Of a stretch of 64,000 nt of DNA, positions 26,157 to 36,029 are shown one piece after another. This DNA is from Candidatus Saccharimonadota bacterium. GTDB lineage: Bacteria > Patescibacteriota > Saccharimonadia > Saccharimonadales > JACDBH01. The notes below the pieces were generated by a model that had not been told where the DNA came from, ran no database searches, and saw only the letters and a program-made list of their open reading frames with translations. How positions within the stretch are numbered: the stretch's first letter is position 1; each line of letters begins with the position of its first letter. The position numbers were made by a program, and so were the translations under genes. The stretch is from NCBI GenBank assembly GCA_028289135.1, contig JAQGGW010000001.1, forward strand, positions 12,018-76,017. Direction: 5' to 3'.

Positions 26157-27269
26157 CTAATGCGCTGCAGGAGGGGTTCCATGGTGGTGCTCCTTATGTT
26201 CAATTCTTTGTTCCGAAACTTCAACCGCCCGCGGTACTGGGTTGCTAGAATTTTTTACGGCGCGGTGGTACAAATAATAACCAAGCGGCAAAGCATAGAG
26301 CATGTTAAGAACGCGGTATACAACCGTGGCCGAAAGCGCCAAAGCCTTGTCTACGCCGGCACTTGTCAACGTGGCCGTCATAAGTCCTTCATAAATACCA
26401 ACTCCTCCCGGCAAAATTGCTACCAGCCCCGCAAAGTTTGCCACAGCATAAGCAATAATCAGCGCGCCCGGGTTAACAAACGATCCAAATGCCAGATACA
26501 CAGCATAAATAGTCAAAACGTCTGTTACATTAACCAGCAGCGCCCACAAAAGCGGCTTTTTAAGATTACGCCAGTCCTGGCTCAGCACCATGTAGTCGCG
26601 GTGCAGGTCTTCCATTGTGCTCTCGACCTTAGCAATATTAATCGTGTCGCGGTTGCCGCGGCGGAAAATTCCTATAATTTTGTTAAGAGCCTTTGGCAGC
26701 CAGCCGGTAAATGCCTTGATCCGGTCTTCATCGCTAATAATATAGGTGCCAACAACCGTACCAAATAGCGTCATAAAAGCGATTGTTGAGCTCACCAAAA
26801 TCGTCAGCGGGCTTGTGTGCCTACGCAGCGCCAAAATAAGCATGCCTAAGAACAAAAGCGCTAAGAATGAGATAAAAGTAAGTGCAAAACGAACAATTTG
26901 AGCCAGAGTACTTTTGGCGGTGCTAATCCCCGACTGCTTTAGCCGCAAACTAAGGTAGCTAAAGCCGCTGACGCCCCCGCTCGGGAAAACGTGGTTTACA
27001 AAGTTTAGTTCCATCGTAATCGACAGCATAGTGCTAATCTTGAGGTCTTCGCCCTGGCTCTTAAAATAGTCTTTGTACAGCCGCGCTACGCTGTAGTAAT
27101 TAAGTGTCTGTAGCGGGATCATCAACAGCAGTGCCGAAGCGTTCAACTGCCCCAATTTCTTAAATGCCGCCACAATTGCTGAGCGCGAAATGATCACCAG
27201 CAGCAAAAGCGCCGCAATCGTAAACACGTTTATCCAAAACTTAATATCTTTTTTGATCGGTTTAGCCAT
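26157..27269 (-). CDS. UPF0104 / lysylphosphatidylglycerol-synthase-TM-domain (flippase-like) membrane protein
   Basis: About 8 TM spans, 370 aa, pattern typical of the UPF0104 family. Confidence 0.6.
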   Translation of the reverse strand: MAKPIKKDIKFWINVFTIAALLLLVIISRSAIVAAFKKLGQLNASALLLMIPLQTLNYYSVARLYKDYFKSQGEDLKISTMLSITMELNFVNHVFPSGGVSGFSYLSLRLKQSGISTAKSTLAQIVRFALTFISFLALLFLGMLILALRRHTSPLTILVSSTIAFMTLFGTVVGTYIISDEDRIKAFTGWLPKALNKIIGIFRRGNRDTINIAKVESTMEDLHRDYMVLSQDWRNLKKPLLWALLVNVTDVLTIYAVYLAFGSFVNPGALIIAYAVANFAGLVAILPGGVGIYEGLMTATLTSAGVDKALALSATVVYRVLNMLYALPLGYYLYHRAVKNSSNPVPRAVEVSEQRIEHKEHHHGTPPAAH

Positions 27270-27325
27270 ATATTAAGCTTAAGTATACCCTAAAACGCAC
27301 CCGAAAAAAGCTTCGTCCAAAGAGC

Positions 27326-28510
27326 ATGTATACTATAAACATTATGCAGTCACTATTTATCCTTGGGCGCCAGCCAGCGCTTGGCCTGGCGGAACTCGAA
27401 AGCCTCTACGGCGCCAAAAACCTCCACCCGGCCGGACCGCAGGCTGCCCTGCTGGACGTTGAGCCGCGGCATGTCGACTTTAACCGTCTTGGGGGCTGTA
27501 TTAAGCTGGCCCAGGTCCAAACCGAGCTCCCAACTACCAGCTGGCGCGATATTGAATCCTACCTGCTTAAATCGGTGCCAAATATTCTCGACAGCCTGCC
27601 CGAAGGCAAACTAAAACTTGGCCTCAGCACCTACGGCCTGCGCGCCAGCGCCTCCGAAATCAACGCCAGCGGCCTGCGCATCAAAAAAGTAATCAAAGAA
27701 GCCGGCCGCAGCGTAAGAATCGTCCCCAACAAGTCTGCCTCGCTCAACAGCGCCCAAATCCTCCACAACCAGCTCACCAGCCCGCTTGGCATCGAGATTT
27801 TAGCCTACCGCGAAGGCAGCAAAACCCTCATTTGCCAAACCGTCGCTGAACAAGACATTGAAGCCTATGCCGCCCGCGACCAAAACCGCCCCAAGCGCGA
27901 CGCCAAGGTCGGCATGTTGCCGCCCAAACTAGCCCAAATTATTATTAACCTCACCGCCCCCACCGCCGACGCCACCGTGCTTGACCCGTTTTGCGGCACC
28001 GGCGTCGTCCTGCAAGAATCACTCCTCATGGGCTACAGCGTCTATGGCACCGACCTCGAACCGCGCATGATCGAATATAGCCGCGCCAACCTCGATTGGC
28101 TGCACCAGCGCTACGACGGCAACTTCGGCATCCAGCTTGAACCCGGCGATGCTACAACCCACACCTGGAAACCCGCCCCATCTGTTGTGGCCGGCGAAAC
28201 CTACCTCGGTAAGCCCTTGTCAAAAGAACCCGACGAAACCCTTCTGCACACAATTATGCAAGAATGCGACCGCATCCACCGCGGAGCGCTCAGCAATCTG
28301 CACAAACAGCTCCCCCAAGGCACCCGCCTCTGCCTAGCCGTCCCGGCATGGAAGTACAAAAAAGGTTTCCAACACCTTAAAACGCTTGATTATCTGCGTG
28401 AACTAGGCTATAATCGTATAGAATTTCGGTTTGCGCGAAAAGAGGAACTTATCTACTTCAGAGAAGACCAACTTGTCGCCCGCGAACTCGTTGTATTAGT
28501 AAAGAATTAA
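27326..28510 (+). CDS. SAM-dependent RNA/DNA methylase, UPF0020/Trm11-like
   Basis: Motif I DPFCGTGVVLQESLLMG followed by YGTDLEP. 394 aa. Confidence 0.65.
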   Translation: MYTINIMQSLFILGRQPALGLAELESLYGAKNLHPAGPQAALLDVEPRHVDFNRLGGCIKLAQVQTELPTTSWRDIESYLLKSVPNILDSLPEGKLKLGLSTYGLRASASEINASGLRIKKVIKEAGRSVRIVPNKSASLNSAQILHNQLTSPLGIEILAYREGSKTLICQTVAEQDIEAYAARDQNRPKRDAKVGMLPPKLAQIIINLTAPTADATVLDPFCGTGVVLQESLLMGYSVYGTDLEPRMIEYSRANLDWLHQRYDGNFGIQLEPGDATTHTWKPAPSVVAGETYLGKPLSKEPDETLLHTIMQECDRIHRGALSNLHKQLPQGTRLCLAVPAWKYKKGFQHLKTLDYLRELGYNRIEFRFARKEELIYFREDQLVARELVVLVKN

Positions 28511-28522
28511 GGAAATTGCCCC

Positions 28523-28795
28523 ATGTCACACGTCAAAGCCGGCGGTACCGCCAAAAATATCCACAACAACGCAGGCCAACGCCTAGGCGTTAAGCTCTTT
28601 GGTGGCGAAAAAGTTAAAGTCGGCCAGATCATCGTCCGCCAAGTCGGCGCAACCAAGCGCGGCGGCGAAGGCACCAAAATGGCTGCCAACTACAGCATCC
28701 ACGCCGCAAAAGACGGCATAGTTAACTTCTCCCAGCGCAAAGTCCGCACCTTCACCGGCAAAAGCGTCTTCCGCACCGAAGTCACCGTCAAATAA
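28523..28795 (+). CDS. rpmA: 50S ribosomal protein L27
   Basis: MSHVKAGGTAKN...GQRLGVKLFGGEKVKVGQIIVRQVG is typical of L27. Confidence 0.95.
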   Translation: MSHVKAGGTAKNIHNNAGQRLGVKLFGGEKVKVGQIIVRQVGATKRGGEGTKMAANYSIHAAKDGIVNFSQRKVRTFTGKSVFRTEVTVK

Positions 28796-28808
28796 TCCCC
28801 CTAGTATT

Positions 28809-28839
28809 AAAAAAGCCCTCCACCAAAGAGGGCTTTTTT
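28809..28839. terminator. bidirectional rho-independent terminator
   Basis: AAAAAA-GCCCTC-CACCAAA-GAGGGC-TTTTTT. Confidence 0.8.
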
Positions 28840-30676
28840 ATTTTCGCAGCAAGATTTCGTCTACTTCTGTCTGAGTAAGTTGACCGTTGTGAACACTTAT
28901 CTGCAAAGCCTTAATATCGTGCCGTCCTGAGCTGTCCGTATCTGTACCCGTAAACTTAACACCCATTTCCGTACGTTCCATCTGCATATTTTCCTGTGCA
29001 CCGTATATATCTATGTCCGATTCTATGCCCAAATTAATTAAATCTTTCGCCAGCTGGCTAATTACTGACTCCATTCCTATTTGAACTTTTTCTCCACCTA
29101 TATCTAAGCCGCTTGCTTTGGTAGGGGTAGCGATTTTGCAGGCCTGGAAAACTATTTTTTTACGCCCAGTATCCGCGGATGCGTCGTCGATACCTTTGCT
29201 TGGAGCCATAAACTTGTCGACTAACCGTGCCATACCTTTCATTCCATGCATCGAATAACCTTTGTTGCCGGATGCTTTGATGTCTTGGTCTTCGTTCATT
29301 TTTGCCAAGAATTCTCTGTCACTAACTGCGGCGATCCTATGTTTTGGACTACTTGTATCACGCAAATCAGAAACCGCAAATTCACCGGGTGAAGTGTGCG
29401 CGCCCAAAACAAGTGTCGAAGGCTTAATCCCATGTTTAGCTAACCGCGTCATATAACGGTATATATCTCCAAGCTCAGTAATTTCAAAGAATAAATCACG
29501 CCCTGTCCCATCTTCTACATCTTCCGCCATGTGCCGCATGACCGTACCATAATCTCCTACTCTATTAATAAGTGTCACCGTAACATCATGTTCTTGTAGT
29601 TCTCTTGCAACTTCTGTTGGATTAACAGCAAATCTTTCCATTCTTTCTAGCTGTTCAATGCTATAGTCTTCGAGGCCTAATATACCAGTTGCTTCCGTAA
29701 TGGTTCGAATTCTATCAGCTCCAAAGTGATTAACTGCGGCAACGACTTTATCAATATCTTCTTGCGAAAATCCTCTACTTGCAGAAAATGCGTAGTTCTC
29801 GGCCTCAGTAACATCCATGCCACTTATGTTGCTTATTACTTCGGCTATCCATCGACGATTTGCTTTCTGATCTTCTTTAAAAGGCCTACCTGGTACATCT
29901 ATATTATCTACATTTTTAATCCAACGTAACCCATTTGAACTCTGAAGCAGCGGACGCATAAAGTCAGAAAATGTATCACCGCGCATACCAAGTAGCTGTG
30001 TCGCAGATTCTAAACCATATGCATTTTTTAGTGTTCTTAACTCACCGTCAATACTATCTTTGATTGTATTTGCATGGGCTACATTTTCTAGTAAGGCGCC
30101 ATGCAAAATGCCATCAGTTGATTCTCTTGCAAAAGCTTTACATACGGTTTCTTCACCTAAAACATTAATAATGCTGTTAAATACAGTCGTATCCAAATCT
30201 TTACCGCGTATAGCAGCTTCTAGCCGTCTCTCTTGGCTTAACAGTGTAAAATACTCTGCTACACTGTCATAATCATCTTTTTCTGCAATCTGGCGTGATA
30301 GAACACTGTTAAATACTCTTGGCTCATCATCGTACCACTGCGGCCTTTCGTTCGTACCCATATGTTGATTTATTTCAGCTTCTAATCGATCTAACCGTGA
30401 ATGCCACGAACTAAAACTTTCCTCAAGGGTAGGTATCTTTTCACCTGCTTTTAGACCAGTTTTAGTTATGATAACTTCTTCTTCAATCATGCTTTGGGCT
30501 ACTTCGGCTGGTGAGGATTCAAACCCTAGTGCAAAATGTTCATTTTCGACTGGTACCACAACAACACCATCGACAGGTTCTAACAGCGGTTTTACGGACT
30601 CTGGTGGTGGCATGCCAAGAATTGGCTGCTGTTCTTCTGGCGCAGGAAAATCAGAAAATGAGATATGTTCGGTCAT
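28838..30676 (-). CDS. large orphan protein (612 aa) with possible clan-CD-like His/Cys dyad in its C-terminal part
   Basis: ORF track. LVLGAHTSPGEF and KIVFQACKIATP resemble the strand-His-Gly / strand-Ala-Cys signatures of caspase-fold proteases (inference). AT-richer. Confidence 0.55.
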   Translation of the reverse strand: MTEHISFSDFPAPEEQQPILGMPPPESVKPLLEPVDGVVVVPVENEHFALGFESSPAEVAQSMIEEEVIITKTGLKAGEKIPTLEESFSSWHSRLDRLEAEINQHMGTNERPQWYDDEPRVFNSVLSRQIAEKDDYDSVAEYFTLLSQERRLEAAIRGKDLDTTVFNSIINVLGEETVCKAFARESTDGILHGALLENVAHANTIKDSIDGELRTLKNAYGLESATQLLGMRGDTFSDFMRPLLQSSNGLRWIKNVDNIDVPGRPFKEDQKANRRWIAEVISNISGMDVTEAENYAFSASRGFSQEDIDKVVAAVNHFGADRIRTITEATGILGLEDYSIEQLERMERFAVNPTEVARELQEHDVTVTLINRVGDYGTVMRHMAEDVEDGTGRDLFFEITELGDIYRYMTRLAKHGIKPSTLVLGAHTSPGEFAVSDLRDTSSPKHRIAAVSDREFLAKMNEDQDIKASGNKGYSMHGMKGMARLVDKFMAPSKGIDDASADTGRKKIVFQACKIATPTKASGLDIGGEKVQIGMESVISQLAKDLINLGIESDIDIYGAQENMQMERTEMGVKFTGTDTDSSGRHDIKALQISVHNGQLTQTEVDEILLRK

Positions 30677-30745
30677 GTTTTTATTTTATGGTTTTACTCT
30701 TTAAAAATACCATAAACACACTAGAATGTCGATGTAATCTTTATG

Positions 30746-31552
30746 TTAACCTAGTTCTGGACGTGGAGCGGCTGTATCCCAAAGATATGACTCTTGCTGT
30801 AGTTTGTTTAGTACATCATTTAGTATCGCATAGCCCTTTTTACCGAGCAGCGAAGGGTCGGTTGCAGCGTTTGCGTCAAATACATTAATGTCTTGCTTGC
30901 CGCTATAGACCGCAAGCTCGCCTGCAGGGCCAAAGAATACACTAGCGGCCAAATCCGCCATTCTAGTATCCTGTTCACGTTTGTGATTGACGCTGGTGTC
31001 GTTAGGGTCAGGAGTAAGTAAGCCAAGAGCATTGCCAAGTCCGAAACGTACACCACGGGGGTCAACAGGTGTGTCTATACGAAAAGATGGGACTACCTCT
31101 AGCGAACGGTCGTTTACGCTACGGCCTGCATCAGAAAGACGCGAGCCAAATGGAAGTAGCAAAACCTGAGCTACATTACGTTCACGAGCGACGGCAAACA
31201 TGCTGCCAGAACCCCGAGGAACAAACAGGTGCGTAATTCCCTTTTGACCGTTCATTACTAGAGGGTGACGCTCGGCAACTGTACCTTCGTAAGGCTTACC
31301 TGGACGTGCGATATTTTGTTCTGAACCTGATTTTTCCAAAGCTTTATTGAGGTCTTTTAGGTCTTTTGCAGAACCAACCATGTCTCTTGTTAGAGCATCG
31401 GCAGTCCATACGTTAAAATCGCGACGACCTTTGTGCTCTTGTCTGACTAGCGCTGGACCAGCGTTTCTGGCAGCATCCTCAATACGCTTCGCCCGATCTA
31501 CTGATTCGGGTGATTTTTTGGTTGATGTATTTTCGCGGTGTAATAGTTTCAT
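30746..31552 (-). CDS. orphan hypothetical protein (268 aa)
   Basis: ORF track. No motif, TM span or signal peptide recognised. Confidence 0.5.
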   Translation of the reverse strand: MKLLHRENTSTKKSPESVDRAKRIEDAARNAGPALVRQEHKGRRDFNVWTADALTRDMVGSAKDLKDLNKALEKSGSEQNIARPGKPYEGTVAERHPLVMNGQKGITHLFVPRGSGSMFAVARERNVAQVLLLPFGSRLSDAGRSVNDRSLEVVPSFRIDTPVDPRGVRFGLGNALGLLTPDPNDTSVNHKREQDTRMADLAASVFFGPAGELAVYSGKQDINVFDANAATDPSLLGKKGYAILNDVLNKLQQESYLWDTAAPRPELG

Positions 31553-31695
31553 AACTGTTATGTTTTACTTAAGTTGTTATGTTTACATAATAGCATAAGC
31601 ATGATAGATTGTCAATATCATGATACTTTAATACTACTACGCCACCTTTGTTATGTATATAAAATAATTTACCTACTGATTGTTTGTTTTCAATC

Positions 31696-31723
31696 AAAAA
31701 ACGCCCCTTCCGGAGCGTTTTTT
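31696..31723. terminator. bidirectional rho-independent terminator (twin of 32545-32572)
   Basis: AAAAAACGCCCC-TTCC-GGAGCGTTTTTT. Confidence 0.75.
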
Positions 31724-31757
31724 AACTTAAGTATCAATAAAGATAGAAATTATATGC

Positions 31758-32489
31758 TTAGCGTTTGCCGTACGAACGGTTTACGAGTTTATTAGTAAGC
31801 TTCCCTGCCACGTGCGCAAGTCTTTTACTAACAGGTTTGCGAGCCGATTCAATTTCGTTTGCCCATTTTTCGCCTAAAACTTCTTCGTGCTCTCTAGTTG
31901 CCGTAACGCGAACCTTAACATCTGCAGCTTCTCCAAGTGCGCTGAGCGTGATGCTGCCACCACGGTTGCGCTCTACATGAAGAAACTTTTCGGGGATATT
32001 ATCGGGTAGCGTAACAGGATTACGTGGCTGGTCGGTACGCATTACGCTATCGCCCCAGGCATAAAAAGCTGTTCCCTGTTTACCACCTTTAATATCATCA
32101 GCTGCTCTACTGCGTGAACCTGCTAATGCGATCACATCTGTATAACGGGTTGTACTATGGTCTTTGCTTACCCATACACCCATTGCGCTGTTTTTTGCAA
32201 GAGTATTGATATACGTTTCAACTGGTATTTGGCCATTCCAGCGTTCTGAAAAATTCGGGTCGTCGATATCAATCTTAACAATATGCAAGCTTCCGGCTTC
32301 ACCAAGATCCACCGTAGCCATAACTGGTGCGCCACCAATGACATTTCCTTTAAGTGGATCGGTCGCTGTAATGGATTCGCCCGGATTTAAAACCGCGTCA
32401 ACAACAGTGGCATCGGCATATTCACTGCCGGCAATTCGACCATCGAAGTTATTTTGTTGATCTTGATTTATGGTATTTGGTGTACTCAT
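31758..32489 (-). CDS. orphan hypothetical protein (243 aa)
   Basis: ORF track. Bracketed by two near-identical terminators. Confidence 0.5.
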   Translation of the reverse strand: MSTPNTINQDQQNNFDGRIAGSEYADATVVDAVLNPGESITATDPLKGNVIGGAPVMATVDLGEAGSLHIVKIDIDDPNFSERWNGQIPVETYINTLAKNSAMGVWVSKDHSTTRYTDVIALAGSRSRAADDIKGGKQGTAFYAWGDSVMRTDQPRNPVTLPDNIPEKFLHVERNRGGSITLSALGEAADVKVRVTATREHEEVLGEKWANEIESARKPVSKRLAHVAGKLTNKLVNRSYGKR

Positions 32490-32544
32490 CCCAACATTTT
32501 AGCATAAGCTTTGTATTTTGTCAATTAGGTGGTGACTTCAAACT

Positions 32545-32572
32545 AAAAAACGCTCCTTTCGGAGCGTTTTTT
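32545..32572. terminator. bidirectional rho-independent terminator (twin of 31696-31723)
   Basis: AAAAAACGCTCC-TTTC-GGAGCGTTTTTT, perfect stem. Confidence 0.8.
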
Positions 32573-32594
32573 GGCGATTTGTTATGAATACTTG

Positions 32595-32996
32595 TTAGGC
32601 GAGGCCGAGGTGGTGCTTGATCTTTTCAATCACGTCGGCGATTACGACTTGGGATTTGACTAAATAGTCGTCGGCACCGAGGGATTCGGCCTTTTGGCGG
32701 TCGCTTTCCTGGCTAAGGGCTGTGAGCATAATGATCTTGATGTTGGTGGTTTCTGGGGTGTTGCGCAGAATGTCGAGCACGTCAAAGCCGTTTACCTGAG
32801 GCATCATGGCGTCAAGCAGGATTAGGTCTGGCTTGAATGCGAGAGCTGTCGCCAGGGCGTCTTCGCCGTTTGGTACGCGTTTGACTTCAAAACCTTCGGC
32901 GTCGAGCCGGGTAAGATAAACTTCCGCGAGTCCGTCGTCGTCCTCCACGTATAGAATTTTTTTCATTGGGCCTTGGGGGGTATTTTGATTGTCCAT
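32595..32996 (-). CDS. stand-alone response regulator receiver (CheY-like)
   Basis: Canonical residues: VEDDD, LILLDAMMP, MLTA, YLVKS. Confidence 0.85.
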   Translation of the reverse strand: MDNQNTPQGPMKKILYVEDDDGLAEVYLTRLDAEGFEVKRVPNGEDALATALAFKPDLILLDAMMPQVNGFDVLDILRNTPETTNIKIIMLTALSQESDRQKAESLGADDYLVKSQVVIADVIEKIKHHLGLA

Positions 32997-33019
32997 AGAG
33001 CTTATGCTACGCTATTTTA

Positions 33020-34645
33020 CTACTTTTTGCCAGCGAGGTATTCAATAAAACCATTGAACATCGGATGCGGGCGATTTGGACGGCTTTTGAATTCAGGGTG
33101 GAACTGGCTTGATAGGAAGTAAGGATGATCAATGCCCTCGATAATCTCAACCAAATGGTTGTCCGGTGATGTGCCGCTGGCGCGGATGCCCCAAGATTCG
33201 TATTGGTCGCGGTAGTCGTTGTTGCATTCGTAGCGGTGGCGGTGGCGTTCGACGATTTTGTCGGCTTTATAAACTTTTTGGGCCAGGCTGCCGGCTGCGA
33301 GGTTGCAGTCATAATTGCCAAGGCGCATCGTGCCGCCGGTGTTTTCTTTGCCCTCTTGGCCTTCCATGGTGGTGATTACAAGGTCTTTAGCGGCAGGATT
33401 TAACTCTTTGGTGGAAGCGTCAGTAAGACCGGCATTGCGGGCAGCGGCGATGACTGCCATCTGGAGGCCGAGGCACAAACCAAGGTATGGCAGCTTGTTT
33501 TTAAGCGCGTATTGGGCGGCGGTAATCTTGCCTTCCAGGCCGCGGGTTCCAAAACCGCCAGGCACAACTATGCCGTCGCAGCCTTTGAGCATCTCGGCAA
33601 CGTCATTTTTCTCGATTTTTTCAGCGTCAACCCATTTTAGTTCGATGTCGGTGTCGTTCCAAAGCGCGGCTGATTTTAATGCTTCAAACACTGACATGTA
33701 GGTGTCTTGGTTGTCCATGTATTTGGCGACGATGCCGACTGTTACTTTGCGACTGTGCTTGGTTTGGGCGCGCTTTACAACTTCGCGCCAGGCTTTGAGG
33801 TCGGGCTTTTTAACTTTTAGGTCAAGCTGTTCGGTAATAACATCGGCAATGTCTGTGTCTTCTAGCGTGAGCGGGACTTCGTAGATGCTTGAAGCATTTG
33901 GCAGCATGGCGATGGCGCGCGGCGCGACACCACAGAACAAACTCAACTTCTCACGGACGCTTTCGACCGGCATTTCTTCACTCCGTGCAACCAAGATGTC
34001 TGGTGAGATCCCAAGGCCGCGGAGTTCACGGACGGAGTTCTGGGCAGGTTTTGTCTTGGTTTCTTTGCTGGTGCCGAGGAATGGCAAATAGACAACGTGG
34101 ACGTAGAGGCAGTTTTCGCGGCCGACACGGATGCCAAGTTCGCGGATGGCTTCAATAAAACTTAAGCTTTCGTAGTCGCCCACTGTTCCGCCGATTTCGA
34201 CGATGTGCACGTCAAAACCTTCGCCGGCGTTGATGATGTAGTCCTGGATGGCAGCGGTGAGGTGCGGGATAATTTGGACGTCTTCGCCTTTGTAGAGCCC
34301 TGCGCGTTCGTCTTGGATAACTTTTAGCAATACACGGCCGCTCATGAGCGAGCTGGAGCTAGTGAGTTCCTGGTCCAAGAATCTTTCATAGTGGCCAAGG
34401 TCAAGGTCAGTCTCGGCGCCGTCTTTGGTCACAAAGCATTCGCCGTGTTCACGCGGGTTAAGCGTGCCGGCATCGACGTTGAGGTATGGGTCGCACTTTT
34501 GGAGGTTAACTGACAGCCCGCGGGCTTTTAGAATGTTTCCGATGGAGGCGGCAGTGATACCCTTTCCTACTCCGGAAAGAACACCACCTGTAACAAACAC
34601 GAACTTAGTCGGTCGCTTCATTCTTGTCGCCGCATCACCTCTCAC
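33020..34645 (-). CDS. pyrG: CTP synthase
   Basis: KFVFVTGGVLSGVGKG and GATase Cys box GLCLGLQ. Likely real start is ATG 34621 (MKRPTKFVFVTGG, SD GAGAGGTGA). The ORF track starts at GTG 34645. Confidence 0.95.
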   Translation of the reverse strand: MRGDAATRMKRPTKFVFVTGGVLSGVGKGITAASIGNILKARGLSVNLQKCDPYLNVDAGTLNPREHGECFVTKDGAETDLDLGHYERFLDQELTSSSSLMSGRVLLKVIQDERAGLYKGEDVQIIPHLTAAIQDYIINAGEGFDVHIVEIGGTVGDYESLSFIEAIRELGIRVGRENCLYVHVVYLPFLGTSKETKTKPAQNSVRELRGLGISPDILVARSEEMPVESVREKLSLFCGVAPRAIAMLPNASSIYEVPLTLEDTDIADVITEQLDLKVKKPDLKAWREVVKRAQTKHSRKVTVGIVAKYMDNQDTYMSVFEALKSAALWNDTDIELKWVDAEKIEKNDVAEMLKGCDGIVVPGGFGTRGLEGKITAAQYALKNKLPYLGLCLGLQMAVIAAARNAGLTDASTKELNPAAKDLVITTMEGQEGKENTGGTMRLGNYDCNLAAGSLAQKVYKADKIVERHRHRYECNNDYRDQYESWGIRASGTSPDNHLVEIIEGIDHPYFLSSQFHPEFKSRPNRPHPMFNGFIEYLAGKK

Positions 34646-34719
34646 ATTAAACTTATGCTACCAAGAGTACCATGCCTGTACTAATCTGAGCAAGCATAAG
34701 AGTATTGTGTTTATTACTC

Positions 34720-35940
34720 TTAGCTTTTTACTGCGGTAAGGGCCGCATTGAGTTGTGGGTCATTGCCGGCTTTGATGTCGTCATCGCTGATTTTAACTTC
34801 GGTGTCGGGCTTGATTCCTTCTTTGTCGATGTTCTTGCCGGCCGGGGTGTACCAGCGCGCAATGGTAACTTTAAGCAAGCTGCCGTCTTTGAAGTCGATT
34901 GGCTGCTGGACACTTCCCTTGCCGTAGCTCTTAAGTCCCATAAGCGTAGCGGCTTTATTGTCGTGCAGCGCTCCGGCGGTAATTTCGGACGCGCTGGCGC
35001 TGCCGCCGTCGATTAACACAACTGTTTTGACGCCGTTTAAGGTTGCCGTGCCTTCGGATGGATAGGTCTGGATAATTTTGCCGTCGCGGCGCTCTGTTAG
35101 CACCGTTTTATTCTGCAGCCAAAGGCTGGAAACTCCGACAGCAGCCGTCAGGAGGCCGCCCGGATCGCCGCGCAGGTCAAGCACTACGCCTGTCACGTTT
35201 TTACTCTTAAAGTCTTCTGCAGCAGCCGTAGCAAGCTTGACGGTGTCGTCGCCAAAGCGGCTAATGGTTAAAATCCCAACGCCGTCTTTTACTTCGCTTT
35301 TAACGCTTGGAATCTGGATAGATTCGCGGACAATGCTAATGTCCTGCGGGGTGCCGTCGCGGACAACTGTGAGCTTAACGGTTGTTCCGGCTTTGCCGCG
35401 GATTAGCTTAACGGTGTCATCGATCGAAAGGCCGCTGGTGCTTTTGCCGTCGACGCTGGCGATAATGTCTTTTGGCTTAATGCCGGCTTTTTCGGCTGGG
35501 TAGCCCGCAAGCGGCGCAATGATGTCGATGTTGCCATCGGCATCTTTGCCAAGTTCGGCGCCAATTCCTTCAAATGTCCCGTCAAGCTGGCCGTAGAAGT
35601 CCTTAGCGTCAGAGGTGCTGAAATATTCGGTGTATGGGTCGCCTGCGGCGTTGGCAAGGCCGGTTTTGATGCCGTCGAGCAGTTTGGTTTCGTCTAGTTT
35701 GCCGTCGTAGTTGTCTCTGATTGAGTTATAAATCAGGTCCACGGACGAATAGTCGAGCTTGGCCGGCAAACCATTGTTGGCTTTAACTGGTTTAACTTGC
35801 CCAATGCTTATTTTGCCCGCACCGGTTGCCCAACCAACATAAAATACAATCAATGCACTTAAAAAAAGCGCCGCGAGATTTTTAAACTTAAAAGATTTAC
35901 GTTTTTTAGGCATTGGCGTAGCATCATCTGTTGGTTTCAA
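34720..35940 (-). CDS. S41 carboxy-terminal processing protease with PDZ domain
   Basis: GGSASASEI (Ser nucleophile) and YGKGSVQ (Lys). N-terminal TM anchor. Confidence 0.9.
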   Translation of the reverse strand: MKPTDDATPMPKKRKSFKFKNLAALFLSALIVFYVGWATGAGKISIGQVKPVKANNGLPAKLDYSSVDLIYNSIRDNYDGKLDETKLLDGIKTGLANAAGDPYTEYFSTSDAKDFYGQLDGTFEGIGAELGKDADGNIDIIAPLAGYPAEKAGIKPKDIIASVDGKSTSGLSIDDTVKLIRGKAGTTVKLTVVRDGTPQDISIVRESIQIPSVKSEVKDGVGILTISRFGDDTVKLATAAAEDFKSKNVTGVVLDLRGDPGGLLTAAVGVSSLWLQNKTVLTERRDGKIIQTYPSEGTATLNGVKTVVLIDGGSASASEITAGALHDNKAATLMGLKSYGKGSVQQPIDFKDGSLLKVTIARWYTPAGKNIDKEGIKPDTEVKISDDDIKAGNDPQLNAALTAVKS

Positions 35941-36029
35941 AGTATCTAATTCCCCTTATGTAGTAGCACTATTGTAGCAGAAGAATAATCCTGCGTCCTG
36001 AGGCTTTTAAAATTAAGCTTAAGGGTAAC

